A DNA stretch of 55,019 bases from IMG/VR virus record IMGVR_UViG_3300028557_000047, positions 1-55,019 of that record; one strand, written 5' to 3'. Within the stretch, counting starts at the first letter, position 1, and each line of letters begins with the position of its first letter. The position numbers and the translations under genes are program-made. This document shows positions 10,325-19,719 of the stretch, piece after piece. Origin of the DNA: a virus. Its lineage: Duplodnaviria; Caudoviricetes. The notes beneath the pieces are model-generated. The model was not told the origin of the DNA, did no database searches, and was given only the letters and a program-made list of their open reading frames with translations.

Positions 10325-10332
10325 TATTTATA
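10325..10332 (-). promoter_or_regulatory. T4-type late promoter for the glycosyltransferase operon
   Basis: tatttata on + equals TATAAATA on -, ~75 nt upstream of the 10249 start. Confidence 0.75.
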
Positions 10333-10344
10333 GCGAGAAATACC

Positions 10345-11088
10345 ATGGCAACACCAACAAATAAAGCTGAATTCAAAGAATATTGCCTCCGTAAGTTAGG
10401 TAAGCCCGTAATTGAAATTAACGTAGACGACGATCAGATTGACGATCGGATTGACGAAGCGCTACGATACTACTGGGACTATCACTTTGACGGCACCGAG
10501 AAAATCTACTACAAGCATCAAGTGACACAGCAGGATATAGATAACCAGTACATTACTCTGCCCGAAAACATCATCGGCGCAGTATCAATTTTTAACGTCG
10601 ATGATCCATCCATCGCCAACGCGGACATTTTTAATCTACGATATCAGATTGCCTTGAACGATATCCACACGCTTACTTCTGTTTCAATGGTTCCATACTA
10701 TATGGCCATGGAAAAGCTGGCTCTAATCTCTGAAATGCTGGTCGGCAAGGCTCCTATCCGATACACGCGGCACTCAAATAAACTACACATTGACTTCAAC
10801 TGGTCACGGGTTAACGTAGGAGAGTTCTTGCTGGTTGAAGCATACGAAATACTCGATCCTGCTGTCTATACCGACGTTTGGAACGACCGCTGGCTACAGA
10901 ACTATGCTACAGCAAAGATCAAAGCAAACTGGGGCGCCAATATATCTAAATACAGTGGTATGCAACTTCCCGGCGGAGTCACATTTAATGGTGATAGAAT
11001 CCTGGACGATGCAAATGCAGAAATTGCAAAGATGGAAGAAGAAATGATTTCGTCCTATTCGCTGCCAGTTCTGGATATGATCGCGTAG
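10345..11088 (+). CDS. gp13: Neck protein gp13
   Basis: YCLRKLGKPVIEINVDDDQ and QLPGGVTFNG motifs; synteny. Confidence 0.93.
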   Translation: MATPTNKAEFKEYCLRKLGKPVIEINVDDDQIDDRIDEALRYYWDYHFDGTEKIYYKHQVTQQDIDNQYITLPENIIGAVSIFNVDDPSIANADIFNLRYQIALNDIHTLTSVSMVPYYMAMEKLALISEMLVGKAPIRYTRHSNKLHIDFNWSRVNVGEFLLVEAYEILDPAVYTDVWNDRWLQNYATAKIKANWGANISKYSGMQLPGGVTFNGDRILDDANAEIAKMEEEMISSYSLPVLDMIA

Positions 11089-11118
11089 CATATACTTCGT
11101 GAAGATAGGATATAGTAC

Positions 11119-11856
11119 ATGCCGGTAAATCCATACTTTAATAATTTCAAGTCCTCAATGGAACAGACACTCATTGAGGACCTTGTAGTGGAATCTATTA
11201 AAGTATACGGCATTGATGTTCAGTATTGCCCTCGCACTATTGTTGCCAAGGATGAACTGTATGGTGCTGATACAGTATCCGAATATAACTCATCCACCGA
11301 TATTGAAATGTACATTAAGAGTGTCGATGGTTTTGAAGGTGATGGAGTCTTCCTGTCTAAATTCGGGCTTGAAATGCGGGATCAGATTGTTCTTACTGTA
11401 TCACTTAGGGCCTTTGATAATGAGATACGGCACATTTCAAACCAAGAGAAGCCCAGAGAAGGCGATCTTATTTACTTTACACTAAATCCAAATCGCCCAC
11501 AACTATATGCGGTCAAGTATGTTAATGATCGCTCTATTTTCTATCAGTTAGGCGGGATGCAAGTGTATGATCTAACCTGTGAACTCTTCGAGTATTCAGG
11601 AGAGCAACTAAATACAGGCATCGATGAAATTGACGCTCTCGAAGCCAAGCTTACTACAAACATGGGCGCATTCGGTATTCTAACTCACGAAGGAAAGAAC
11701 ATTGTCACCTCTGCTGGTTACAGCATTATACGAAGTGAGTTCAACTTAGATACACAGTTGCAGGATGCCGGCGACGATTCTGAATACTTCCAATCTAATG
11801 CTAATGGCTTTATTGACTTCAGTGATATTGATCCGTTTTCAGAGGGAGCATTCTAA
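11119..11856 (+). CDS. gp14: Neck protein gp14
   Basis: EQTLIEDLVVESIKVYG, LSKFGLE, PREGDLIYF motifs. Confidence 0.93.
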   Translation: MPVNPYFNNFKSSMEQTLIEDLVVESIKVYGIDVQYCPRTIVAKDELYGADTVSEYNSSTDIEMYIKSVDGFEGDGVFLSKFGLEMRDQIVLTVSLRAFDNEIRHISNQEKPREGDLIYFTLNPNRPQLYAVKYVNDRSIFYQLGGMQVYDLTCELFEYSGEQLNTGIDEIDALEAKLTTNMGAFGILTHEGKNIVTSAGYSIIRSEFNLDTQLQDAGDDSEYFQSNANGFIDFSDIDPFSEGAF

Positions 11857-12678
11857 ATGTTTGGTCAAACTTGGCACCATGGGCTGATCAGGAAATACGT
11901 CATTCTGTTTGGAACTCTATTCAATAATATCTACATCAACCGCGAAGCCGCAGATGGAACTCACCTGCAAACACTTAAAGTGCCGCTTACCTATGGCCCT
12001 AAAGATAAGTTCCTATCAAGAGTAGACAACGATCCTGGCATGGATAAGGCGGTGGGAATAAGTCTGCCTATCATGTCGTTTGAAATGAATACTCTAGAAT
12101 ATGCGGCAGACCGTAAACTTAATACTATCAATAAGATGGTAGCGGTAGGCACTTCTCCCAATAAAGTTCAGTTTCAATACGGCCCGGTCCCATACAACAT
12201 TAACTTTTCGTTGAATATAATGGTGAAGAATGTTGAGGATGGAACTAGAATCATTGAGCAAATCTTACCATATTTTACTCCGGAATGGACGGCGTCCGTA
12301 AGGGTTATTCCTGAAATGAACATCGTTCATGATATTCCTATCATCCTCAACTCTACTTCAGTCGAAGATAGTTATGCCGGTGAATACACCCAGAGGAGAG
12401 CATTAACTTATACACTTGAGTTTACTATGAAGGCATATATTTACGGCCCGGTCAAAAAGCCTGGCGCTGCAATAATCAAAACGGCAACTGGCGATATATT
12501 CAACGGACTTACCGCTAACAGTGCTAGTGCTTCAGTTGATGTTACACCCGGGCTTGATAACCAAGGAAACCCAATTAACTATTATGGAACTCTAGCCAAC
12601 ACTGGCACAATCGACATTGCCTCTATCGATGCAGGTGATGATTATGGGTTCGTTAATACTATCACGGAAGATAACTAA
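11857..12678 (+). CDS. gp15: Tail sheath stabiliser / tail terminator gp15
   Basis: FGTLFNNI, KVPLTYGPK, EQILPYFTP motifs. Confidence 0.93.
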   Translation: MFGQTWHHGLIRKYVILFGTLFNNIYINREAADGTHLQTLKVPLTYGPKDKFLSRVDNDPGMDKAVGISLPIMSFEMNTLEYAADRKLNTINKMVAVGTSPNKVQFQYGPVPYNINFSLNIMVKNVEDGTRIIEQILPYFTPEWTASVRVIPEMNIVHDIPIILNSTSVEDSYAGEYTQRRALTYTLEFTMKAYIYGPVKKPGAAIIKTATGDIFNGLTANSASASVDVTPGLDNQGNPINYYGTLANTGTIDIASIDAGDDYGFVNTITEDN

Positions 12679-13073
12679 TGTCAACACTAGATAACGCACT
12701 AGGACTTACTCCATACAAACCAGAAAAACAAAGTCCTACACTAGTTCAAACTGAGAATGTAGATACGGTAGACTTTGATCATGCCAGGTCAACACTCTAT
12801 GATGTGCTCGAGGAAACCAAGTCCGCAGTAGATGAAATGATCGGCATTGCTAGCCAGTCTCAGCACCCAAAGTCATACGAAGTGCTCAATGGCATACTTA
12901 AGACTATGGCAGATGTAAGTATGAACTTAGTGGACTTGGATATAAAGCGACGTAAAGTGCTCGGTGCTACAGAAGCGGCCGCTGCTCCTGTGACAAATAA
13001 TCTGTTTGTCGGTAGCACTGCTGAGTTGCAAATGATGATTGCTCAGATGCAAGCAAGTAAAGATGAGCAGTGA
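12678..13073 (+). CDS. gp16: Terminase small subunit gp16
   Basis: HPKSYEVL and NNLFVGSTAEL motifs; lies before gp17. Confidence 0.9.
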   Translation: MSTLDNALGLTPYKPEKQSPTLVQTENVDTVDFDHARSTLYDVLEETKSAVDEMIGIASQSQHPKSYEVLNGILKTMADVSMNLVDLDIKRRKVLGATEAAAAPVTNNLFVGSTAELQMMIAQMQASKDEQ

Positions 13074-15339
13074 GTTTAAGGGCTACAATGGCAATCACAA
13101 TCTAAAGAAAGGCGGAGTTCAGATTGACTGGACTCCCGCCCTAGTACAAGAGTATCTAAAGTGTTCACAGGACCCAGTATACTTCTGTGAAACTTACATG
13201 AAGATCATTAACGTCGACGAAGGTCTAATCCCATTCGAGATGTATGATTACCAAAAGGAAATGATTACCAGTATGGCGGATAATCGCTATACTATTATCA
13301 CCACGGCTCGCCAGACCGGAAAATGTGTTGATGGGGGCACAAAGGTAGAAATTAAGTTTTTAGACTCTGGTTGGGCAAAGCTTTCTATTAGCACGATTCA
13401 TGAAATTAGTCTTTTTGTAAATAACTACAGGTTACGGTGGTTGCAGGAAGACGACTATAATGTTTTTAGAAAACAAGTATACATTTACTTATCTTCTATT
13501 GATGAGGAAGAGGCAAACGTATTTGATCGACTTTGGAGAGAAGCATCACATACTACCAAAGTCTCTTGGTGGGAGCAACTTACCAGAACATCTAGTTATA
13601 ATGAAAGCAGTCTGGGCGCTAAGGAAAGCGACAAAAAATTCATTGAGTCCTTCAGCCTAACCGGTTTTTATACTACATCAAGTGACGGTGTGGTTCCCAT
13701 TTCGGAATCCCACAAAACTATTGAATATAATGTCTGGGAACTAGTAACAGAAACAAAAACACTAAACGCAGCTGATATGCATATAGTGTTTTTGAAAAAT
13801 GATGTGCAAAAATTCATAAAAGACTTAATGTTAGGTGATGAAATCATTACTGACACTGGGTTAGAAAAGATTATATCAGTCACAAAGACAGCCCGTTCTG
13901 TTAATATGTATGATCTTGGTATTAATCATGAACAGCATCGCTATTATACCAATGGAATTTTATCCCATAACAGCACCACTACTTGCGGGTTTATTCTTTG
14001 GTACATTCTATTCCACTCTGAAAAAACGGTTGCTCTACTTGCAAACAAAGGCGATACCGCCCGAGAAATTCTAAGTAAGATTCAGCTTGCTTATGAGCAT
14101 CTACCCAAGTGGCTTCAGCAAGGTGTGCGCGAATGGAATAAGGGTTCGTTTGAATTAGAAAACAACTCCAGAGTTATTGCTACTGCCACCAGTGGCAACA
14201 ACATCCGTGGTTATGCCATTAACCTACTGTTCATCGACGAAGCCGCGTTTATTGCTAACTGGGAAGAATTCTTCACATCAGTACTACCTACTATCTCGTC
14301 CGGTAAGTCCACAAAAATTGTGCTTGTGTCTACTCCAAACGGGCTAAATCACTTCCATAAACTTTGGGCTGGTGCCAATGATGGGACCAATAACTTTAAT
14401 CCGATTAAGGTTATGTGGAGCGAAGTGCCGGGGAGAGATGAGACCTGGAAAAAAGATACTCTAGCAGCGATGGGTAACGATACGGAAAAGTTCAACCAAG
14501 AACACTGCTGTGAATTCCTAGGCAGTTCTGGCACTCTCATTGCTGGCTGGAAGCTAAAAGAACTGACTTTCAAACTCCCTCGACTTGCTGGGGAAGGTGT
14601 TTCTCAGTACGAAGCTCCAATCCCGGATAACAAATATGTAATGGTGTGTGATGTGTCACGAGGTAAGGGTCTTGACTATTCTGCATTTCAGTTGATCGAT
14701 ACCACTGCCATGCCTTACCGGCAAGTAATGGTTTACCGAAATAATCTAATTTCACCGATTGACTATGCCGAAGTGATCCATCGAATTGCAAAGACGTACA
14801 ACAATGCCGCCATTCTGGTGGAATCCAATGATATCGGGCAACAAGTTGCCGACACAATCTATCAAGAATATGAGTATGAAAATATCCTATTTACTGAGGG
14901 TGCTGGTAGGGCTGGTAAGAAAATCTCATCTGGCTTTAGTTCTGGGTCTGACATTGGCGTCCGAACCACAAAATCTGTTAAGGCGGTCGGATGTTCTATT
15001 CTCAAACTACTCATCGAACAGAACCAACTTATTCTTCGCGATCATCAAACTATTAAAGAAATATCTACGTTCTCAAAGAAAGCCAACTCATTCGAGGCCG
15101 AGTCTGGTTGTCACGATGATTTGGTCATGGGACTAGTACTATTTGCCTGGCTATCCGACCAGCAGTACTTTAAAGACATGACGGACATTAATACTCTCAT
15201 GCGACTAAGAGAAAAAACGGAAGATGAATGGGATAGAGAACTGATTCCGTTCGGCTTTATTGAAACCGGGCAAGAGGAACACGAAGATATAGTGGAACTT
15301 AAGCCTGGCGATACATTTGAGTCAAGACTGTGCGGCTAG
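13063..15339 (+). CDS. gp17: Terminase large subunit gp17, intein-containing
   Basis: Walker A ARQTGK/STT split by an intein; LFIDEAAF, VSTPNG, HDDLVM motifs. ATG at 13063 preferred over TTG at 13039. Confidence 0.95.
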   Translation: MSSEFKGYNGNHNLKKGGVQIDWTPALVQEYLKCSQDPVYFCETYMKIINVDEGLIPFEMYDYQKEMITSMADNRYTIITTARQTGKCVDGGTKVEIKFLDSGWAKLSISTIHEISLFVNNYRLRWLQEDDYNVFRKQVYIYLSSIDEEEANVFDRLWREASHTTKVSWWEQLTRTSSYNESSLGAKESDKKFIESFSLTGFYTTSSDGVVPISESHKTIEYNVWELVTETKTLNAADMHIVFLKNDVQKFIKDLMLGDEIITDTGLEKIISVTKTARSVNMYDLGINHEQHRYYTNGILSHNSTTTCGFILWYILFHSEKTVALLANKGDTAREILSKIQLAYEHLPKWLQQGVREWNKGSFELENNSRVIATATSGNNIRGYAINLLFIDEAAFIANWEEFFTSVLPTISSGKSTKIVLVSTPNGLNHFHKLWAGANDGTNNFNPIKVMWSEVPGRDETWKKDTLAAMGNDTEKFNQEHCCEFLGSSGTLIAGWKLKELTFKLPRLAGEGVSQYEAPIPDNKYVMVCDVSRGKGLDYSAFQLIDTTAMPYRQVMVYRNNLISPIDYAEVIHRIAKTYNNAAILVESNDIGQQVADTIYQEYEYENILFTEGAGRAGKKISSGFSSGSDIGVRTTKSVKAVGCSILKLLIEQNQLILRDHQTIKEISTFSKKANSFEAESGCHDDLVMGLVLFAWLSDQQYFKDMTDINTLMRLREKTEDEWDRELIPFGFIETGQEEHEDIVELKPGDTFESRLCG
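13324..13971 (+). mobile_element. 216-aa intein in the terminase Walker A motif
   Basis: Begins CVDGGT, has block B-like AADMHIVF and block F MYDL, ends NGILSHN followed by Ser(+1). Excision restores RQTGKSTT. Confidence 0.93.
13460..13660 (+). pseudogene. Degenerate HNH homing-endonuclease ORF in the +1 frame inside the intein
   Basis: MFLENKYT...EKHHILPKSLGGSN..HLV motif; AGGA at 13445-13448 upstream; lacks the downstream EHxxxH helix. Confidence 0.7.
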
Positions 15340-15360
15340 AATTCCTGTAAATGGGTAAAG

Positions 15361-15368
15361 TATAAATA
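15361..15368 (+). promoter_or_regulatory. Late promoter for gp18
   Basis: TATAAATA. Confidence 0.85.
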
Positions 15369-15405
15369 TAAGCAATGAATCACACACTTCTAAAGGGAGA
15401 ATAAC

Positions 15406-17505
15406 ATGGCGGTTTCTAATTTTGGCTCAGGTGGAGGTGGATTCCAGGTCAGCCCAGGCATCAACATCAGCGAAATTGATATCACTAGCGTAGTTCCAGC
15501 AGTTTCATCTACTGTTGGTGCCATCGGCGGCGTATTTCGTTGGGGCCCGGTTGACAAACTACAACTAGTTGACTCAGAAAACTCACTGGCTATTCTATAT
15601 GGCAAGCCTTCGAACCTAAACTCAGAAACCTGGTTCACCGCTGCCAGCTTTCTTTCATATAGCAATGCGCTCTATGTCAGCCGCGCTAAGGACGTTTCGC
15701 TTCTATCAGCTGTAGCCGGGACCGGCCTTTCCACTTCAAATTCTGCTCATACCGTTCTCAATTCAGACGATCATGAAGCAAAACAAGCCACATTCGATGC
15801 CGCCGTGGACTATGTTGCTCGTTACCCTGGCGCTCTTGGCAATACGCTTAAAGTTTCCGTTTGTGACTCAGCCGCTCAATATAGTTCAAATGTTAATCTA
15901 GGCACCGTCGGAAGCAACACACTATTTGGCAATGCTGCAACTAAGCTAACACTAGCCGTAGGCAGCAACACTGCTCAGGTTGTTCTTGCAAACACAGGCG
16001 CACTTGTTAATGATAACTCTGCGCCATATGCAATTACTGTTAAGGCCCAATTCACTGTCGGTGATGTAATCACAGTTGGTAATAGCACCATCGGCACACA
16101 AACAATTAAGATCACGGGCCTAGGTGAAACCAGCACCACTGTATATGCCAACGGATCAAATCTGCCCGCTGGTTATGCTGCATTTTCCGTATCACTTGAT
16201 CAGCCTCTAAAACTTGCCGGTGCGGTTGATACCGTGACCGTCCCTCGTTTCTGGGAATACTTTAACCAAGTCAACCAAGCCCCAGGGAAGTCCGAATTCC
16301 AGAATTCATACGGCACCAATGTCAATGACGAACTTCACGTAGTTGTTGCTGACGAGGACGGCCTATTTACAGGCAATCCCGGCACCGTGCTAGAAGTCTA
16401 CGCAGGTCTATCACGCGCAACTGATGCCAAGCTATCAGATGGTGGCACAAACTATTACAAGAATGTTATCAATAGCCGGTCACAGTTTATTTGGTTTGCA
16501 TCAGATCGTGCGCTAGCCACCTCCGCGGCCGCCGCATCCCTTACTGCATCTACAAATACGGTTCCTCTGACCCTATCTTTTGTCGGCGGAGTTGATACTG
16601 CCACAGAAGATGCTATTCTGTTTGGTGGCCTAGCGACTGCTTATGACCTCTTTGCTACCACCGCCGGCATCGATATCTCACTTCTCATGACCGGTAAGTC
16701 AAGAGGCGGTTCAACTGGAGAGCAGCTAGGTAACTATCTCATCGACAATGTTGCCGAGGTTCGCAAGGATTGTATTGTGTTTGTCTCACCAAGACGGGAA
16801 GCGGTTGTTAATAACCCCATCACCGCCGCAGCAGACATTGTTGCCATGAGAAACAACATGAGATCATCTTCATATGGAGTCATGGATAGCGGCTACAAGT
16901 ACATTTATGACAAGTACAATGATCTGTATCGCTACATTCCGCTAAACGGTGACATTGCCGGTCTCTGTGTTCGCACCGACGCTAATCGTGACCCATGGTT
17001 CTCACCTGCCGGTATCAATCGCGGGCAGATCAAGAATAGCATCAAGCTATCTTATAACCCATCAAAGGCCGATCGTGACGTTCTATACAAGTCAAGCGTT
17101 AACCCAGTCGTAACACAGCCTGGCTATGGCAGCATGCTGTTCGGTGATAAGACACTTCTCTCAAAGCCAAGCGCCTTTGATCGTATCAATGTTCGTCGCC
17201 TATTCATTGTTCTTGAGAAAGCCGTTGCAAATGCGGCTCAATCCACAATCTTTGAATTCAACGATGAGTTCACCCGCACTCAGTTCCGCAACCTAATCGA
17301 GCCTTTCCTACGGGATATTCAGGGCCGTCGGGGTATCTATGACTATAAGGTGGTTTGTGATGAAACAAACAACACCGCCGAGGTCATTGACGGTAACCGA
17401 TTCGTAGGTGACATTTATGTCAAGCCCGCCAAGTCAATCAATTACATTCAACTGAACTTCGTTGCTGTCAGAAGTGGCATTGAGTTCTCCGCCATTGTCG
17501 GCTAA
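15406..17505 (+). CDS. gp18: Tail sheath protein gp18
   Basis: SPGINISEID, PWFSPAG, FDRINVRRLF motifs. Confidence 0.96.
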   Translation: MAVSNFGSGGGGFQVSPGINISEIDITSVVPAVSSTVGAIGGVFRWGPVDKLQLVDSENSLAILYGKPSNLNSETWFTAASFLSYSNALYVSRAKDVSLLSAVAGTGLSTSNSAHTVLNSDDHEAKQATFDAAVDYVARYPGALGNTLKVSVCDSAAQYSSNVNLGTVGSNTLFGNAATKLTLAVGSNTAQVVLANTGALVNDNSAPYAITVKAQFTVGDVITVGNSTIGTQTIKITGLGETSTTVYANGSNLPAGYAAFSVSLDQPLKLAGAVDTVTVPRFWEYFNQVNQAPGKSEFQNSYGTNVNDELHVVVADEDGLFTGNPGTVLEVYAGLSRATDAKLSDGGTNYYKNVINSRSQFIWFASDRALATSAAAASLTASTNTVPLTLSFVGGVDTATEDAILFGGLATAYDLFATTAGIDISLLMTGKSRGGSTGEQLGNYLIDNVAEVRKDCIVFVSPRREAVVNNPITAAADIVAMRNNMRSSSYGVMDSGYKYIYDKYNDLYRYIPLNGDIAGLCVRTDANRDPWFSPAGINRGQIKNSIKLSYNPSKADRDVLYKSSVNPVVTQPGYGSMLFGDKTLLSKPSAFDRINVRRLFIVLEKAVANAAQSTIFEFNDEFTRTQFRNLIEPFLRDIQGRRGIYDYKVVCDETNNTAEVIDGNRFVGDIYVKPAKSINYIQLNFVAVRSGIEFSAIVG

Positions 17506-17532
17506 TAAATAAAAGAAACATAGGAGAAATAA

Positions 17533-18084
17533 ATGGCTTTTAACATTAACGACATGAGAAGTAATCTTAAGTTTGGTGGAGCTCGCCCAACACTCTTTCA
17601 GGTTACTATCACTAACCCGGTAAACCCGGTTGCGGATATTCAGATTCCGTTTCTTGTTCGGACTACCTCTCTTCCTGCCTTTAATCTTGGCACGGTTGAG
17701 GTTCCTTACTTTGGGCGTAAAATGAAGGTGGTCGGTGACCGCACATTTGAACCGTGGTCCACTACTGTTATCAATGATGAAGACTTTGCCATCCGAAATT
17801 CACTTGAGGCTTGGTCTTCCGCAATGAATACCAATCTTACTAACGCTCGGAACCTTCCTAGTTCTGCTCCAGCAGAATATAAGTCTACCGCTCAGGTCAT
17901 TCAGTTTGGTAAGAAGGGTGAAATTCTGCGAGAATATCGCTTTAACGGTTGCTGGCCTTCAGAAATCTCAAGTATCGACCTAGACTGGGATCAGACTGAC
18001 ACCATTGAAACTTTCAATGTCACATGGCAGTATGATTGGTTTGATGTTACTCGCGGCACCACAGTCGATGGTACTGTTATCTAA
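17533..18084 (+). CDS. gp19: Tail tube protein gp19
   Basis: GGARPTLFQV and GDRTFEPWSTTVIND motifs; AATAAATA late-promoter variant at 17504-17511. Confidence 0.95.
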   Translation: MAFNINDMRSNLKFGGARPTLFQVTITNPVNPVADIQIPFLVRTTSLPAFNLGTVEVPYFGRKMKVVGDRTFEPWSTTVINDEDFAIRNSLEAWSSAMNTNLTNARNLPSSAPAEYKSTAQVIQFGKKGEILREYRFNGCWPSEISSIDLDWDQTDTIETFNVTWQYDWFDVTRGTTVDGTVI

Positions 18085-18094
18085 ATAATGAAAG

Positions 18095-18118
18095 GTGGGC
18101 GGGGGAAACTCCGCCCAC
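18095..18118 (+). terminator. GC-rich hairpin after gp19 (terminator or mRNA-stability element)
   Basis: gtgggcgggg-GAAA-ctccgcccac; no clear U-tract. Confidence 0.55.
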
Positions 18119-18146
18119 ATCTATACAGATAGAAAGAAGTGACACT

Positions 18147-19694
18147 ATGGATCTATTTGGATTCGAGATTAAAAGAGCCAATAACGCAGTAAAGCCATTA
18201 CCTTCATTTGTAGCCGATGATAGAATTGACGGGTCCATGGTGGTCGAAGGCGGCATCCAAGGGTCCTATTTGGACCTTGATGGAGTAGTTCGCAACGAAA
18301 CTGAGCTAGTAAACCAATACAGAGAAATGACTCTGGCGCAGGAAATTGACCAGGCGCTAGATGACATTGTAAACGAGGCTATTGTAGGCGAAGCCGGAGT
18401 CAAGGTAGTAGAAATTAACCTTGAAAATCTAAAACAGCCCGATAGAGTAAAAAATATTATCCGAGATGAGTTTCAAACTATTCTAGAACTATATGACTTC
18501 AAGCATAATGGTTACGATATCTTTAGACGTTGGTATGTGGACGGGCGGCTTCCATACCATATTACTGTCGATCCAAAAGATACCAAAGCTGGGATCAAAG
18601 AACTTAGGTACATTGACAGCAGAAAAATCCGTAAAGTACGAGAGATCAAAAAGAATAAAACTGAAAACAATGTAATCGTGCAGGAGATAAAGTCCGAGTA
18701 CTATATCTATAATGAAGCCGGCTTCATTAAAACAATTCCGGGTATTGGGCGATCAGGTACCGCCTCGGGCATTAAGATTGCTAAGGATTCTATTATCTAC
18801 TGCACAAGTGGCCTAACAAATCCAGATGGTGACCAAACATACTCATATCTCCATAAGGCTATTAAGCCACTCAATCAACTTAAGTCACTCGAAGATTCAC
18901 TTGTTATCTATCGTATTTCCAGAGCGCCAGAACGTCGTATCTTTTATATTGACGTAGGCAATCTACCAAAGATTAAAGCTGAACAATATCTACGCGATAT
19001 TATGACTCGGTTCAAGAATAAAGTTGTCTATGACTCCAAGACTGGTCAAATCAGAGACGATAGAAAACATATGACTATGCTAGAGGACTTCTGGCTACCT
19101 AGGCGTGAAGGCAGCCGCGGCACAGAAATCTCTACACTAGCAGGAGGGCAGAACCTAGGCCAGATTGAAGACGTAGTTTACTTCCAGCAAAACTTGTTTA
19201 AGTCACTGAATGTTCCCATCACACGGCTTCTTCCAGAGACACAGTTTAGTGTTGGGCGTTCAGCAGAGATTAGCCGTGACGAAATTAAGTTTTCCAAATT
19301 CATTGATCGCCTACGGTCTAGGTTCTCCTTTATCTTTACTGAAGCTCTAAAGGTTCAACTTATCCTCAAAGGTACCGTGACACTTGAAGAATGGCCTGAA
19401 TTTGCTACCGCCATTACATATGACTATGGGCAGGACAACTATTTTGCGGAACTTAAAGAGACTGAAATTCTTCGTGATAGGATATCAATGCTGAGAGACC
19501 TGGACGATGCTGTAGGCAAATATTACTCTATTTCTTGGGTTCGTAAAAATGTGCTTAGGCAGTCTGAGGAAGATATTCAAGATATTGATAGAGAAATTGA
19601 AGAAGATAAAAAGAAATACGGCGAACCTATGGAGCAACAGACTCCGCAGCCAGATCAGCAACCAACAGCTCAGCCTAGCGAGCCGCCTAAATAA
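18147..19694 (+). CDS. gp20: Portal protein gp20
   Basis: YRISRAPERRIFYIDVGNLP and EDFWLPRREG motifs. Confidence 0.96.
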   Translation: MDLFGFEIKRANNAVKPLPSFVADDRIDGSMVVEGGIQGSYLDLDGVVRNETELVNQYREMTLAQEIDQALDDIVNEAIVGEAGVKVVEINLENLKQPDRVKNIIRDEFQTILELYDFKHNGYDIFRRWYVDGRLPYHITVDPKDTKAGIKELRYIDSRKIRKVREIKKNKTENNVIVQEIKSEYYIYNEAGFIKTIPGIGRSGTASGIKIAKDSIIYCTSGLTNPDGDQTYSYLHKAIKPLNQLKSLEDSLVIYRISRAPERRIFYIDVGNLPKIKAEQYLRDIMTRFKNKVVYDSKTGQIRDDRKHMTMLEDFWLPRREGSRGTEISTLAGGQNLGQIEDVVYFQQNLFKSLNVPITRLLPETQFSVGRSAEISRDEIKFSKFIDRLRSRFSFIFTEALKVQLILKGTVTLEEWPEFATAITYDYGQDNYFAELKETEILRDRISMLRDLDDAVGKYYSISWVRKNVLRQSEEDIQDIDREIEEDKKKYGEPMEQQTPQPDQQPTAQPSEPPK

Positions 19695-19719
19695 ATAGAA
19701 GGTACACAGGAGAACAACT

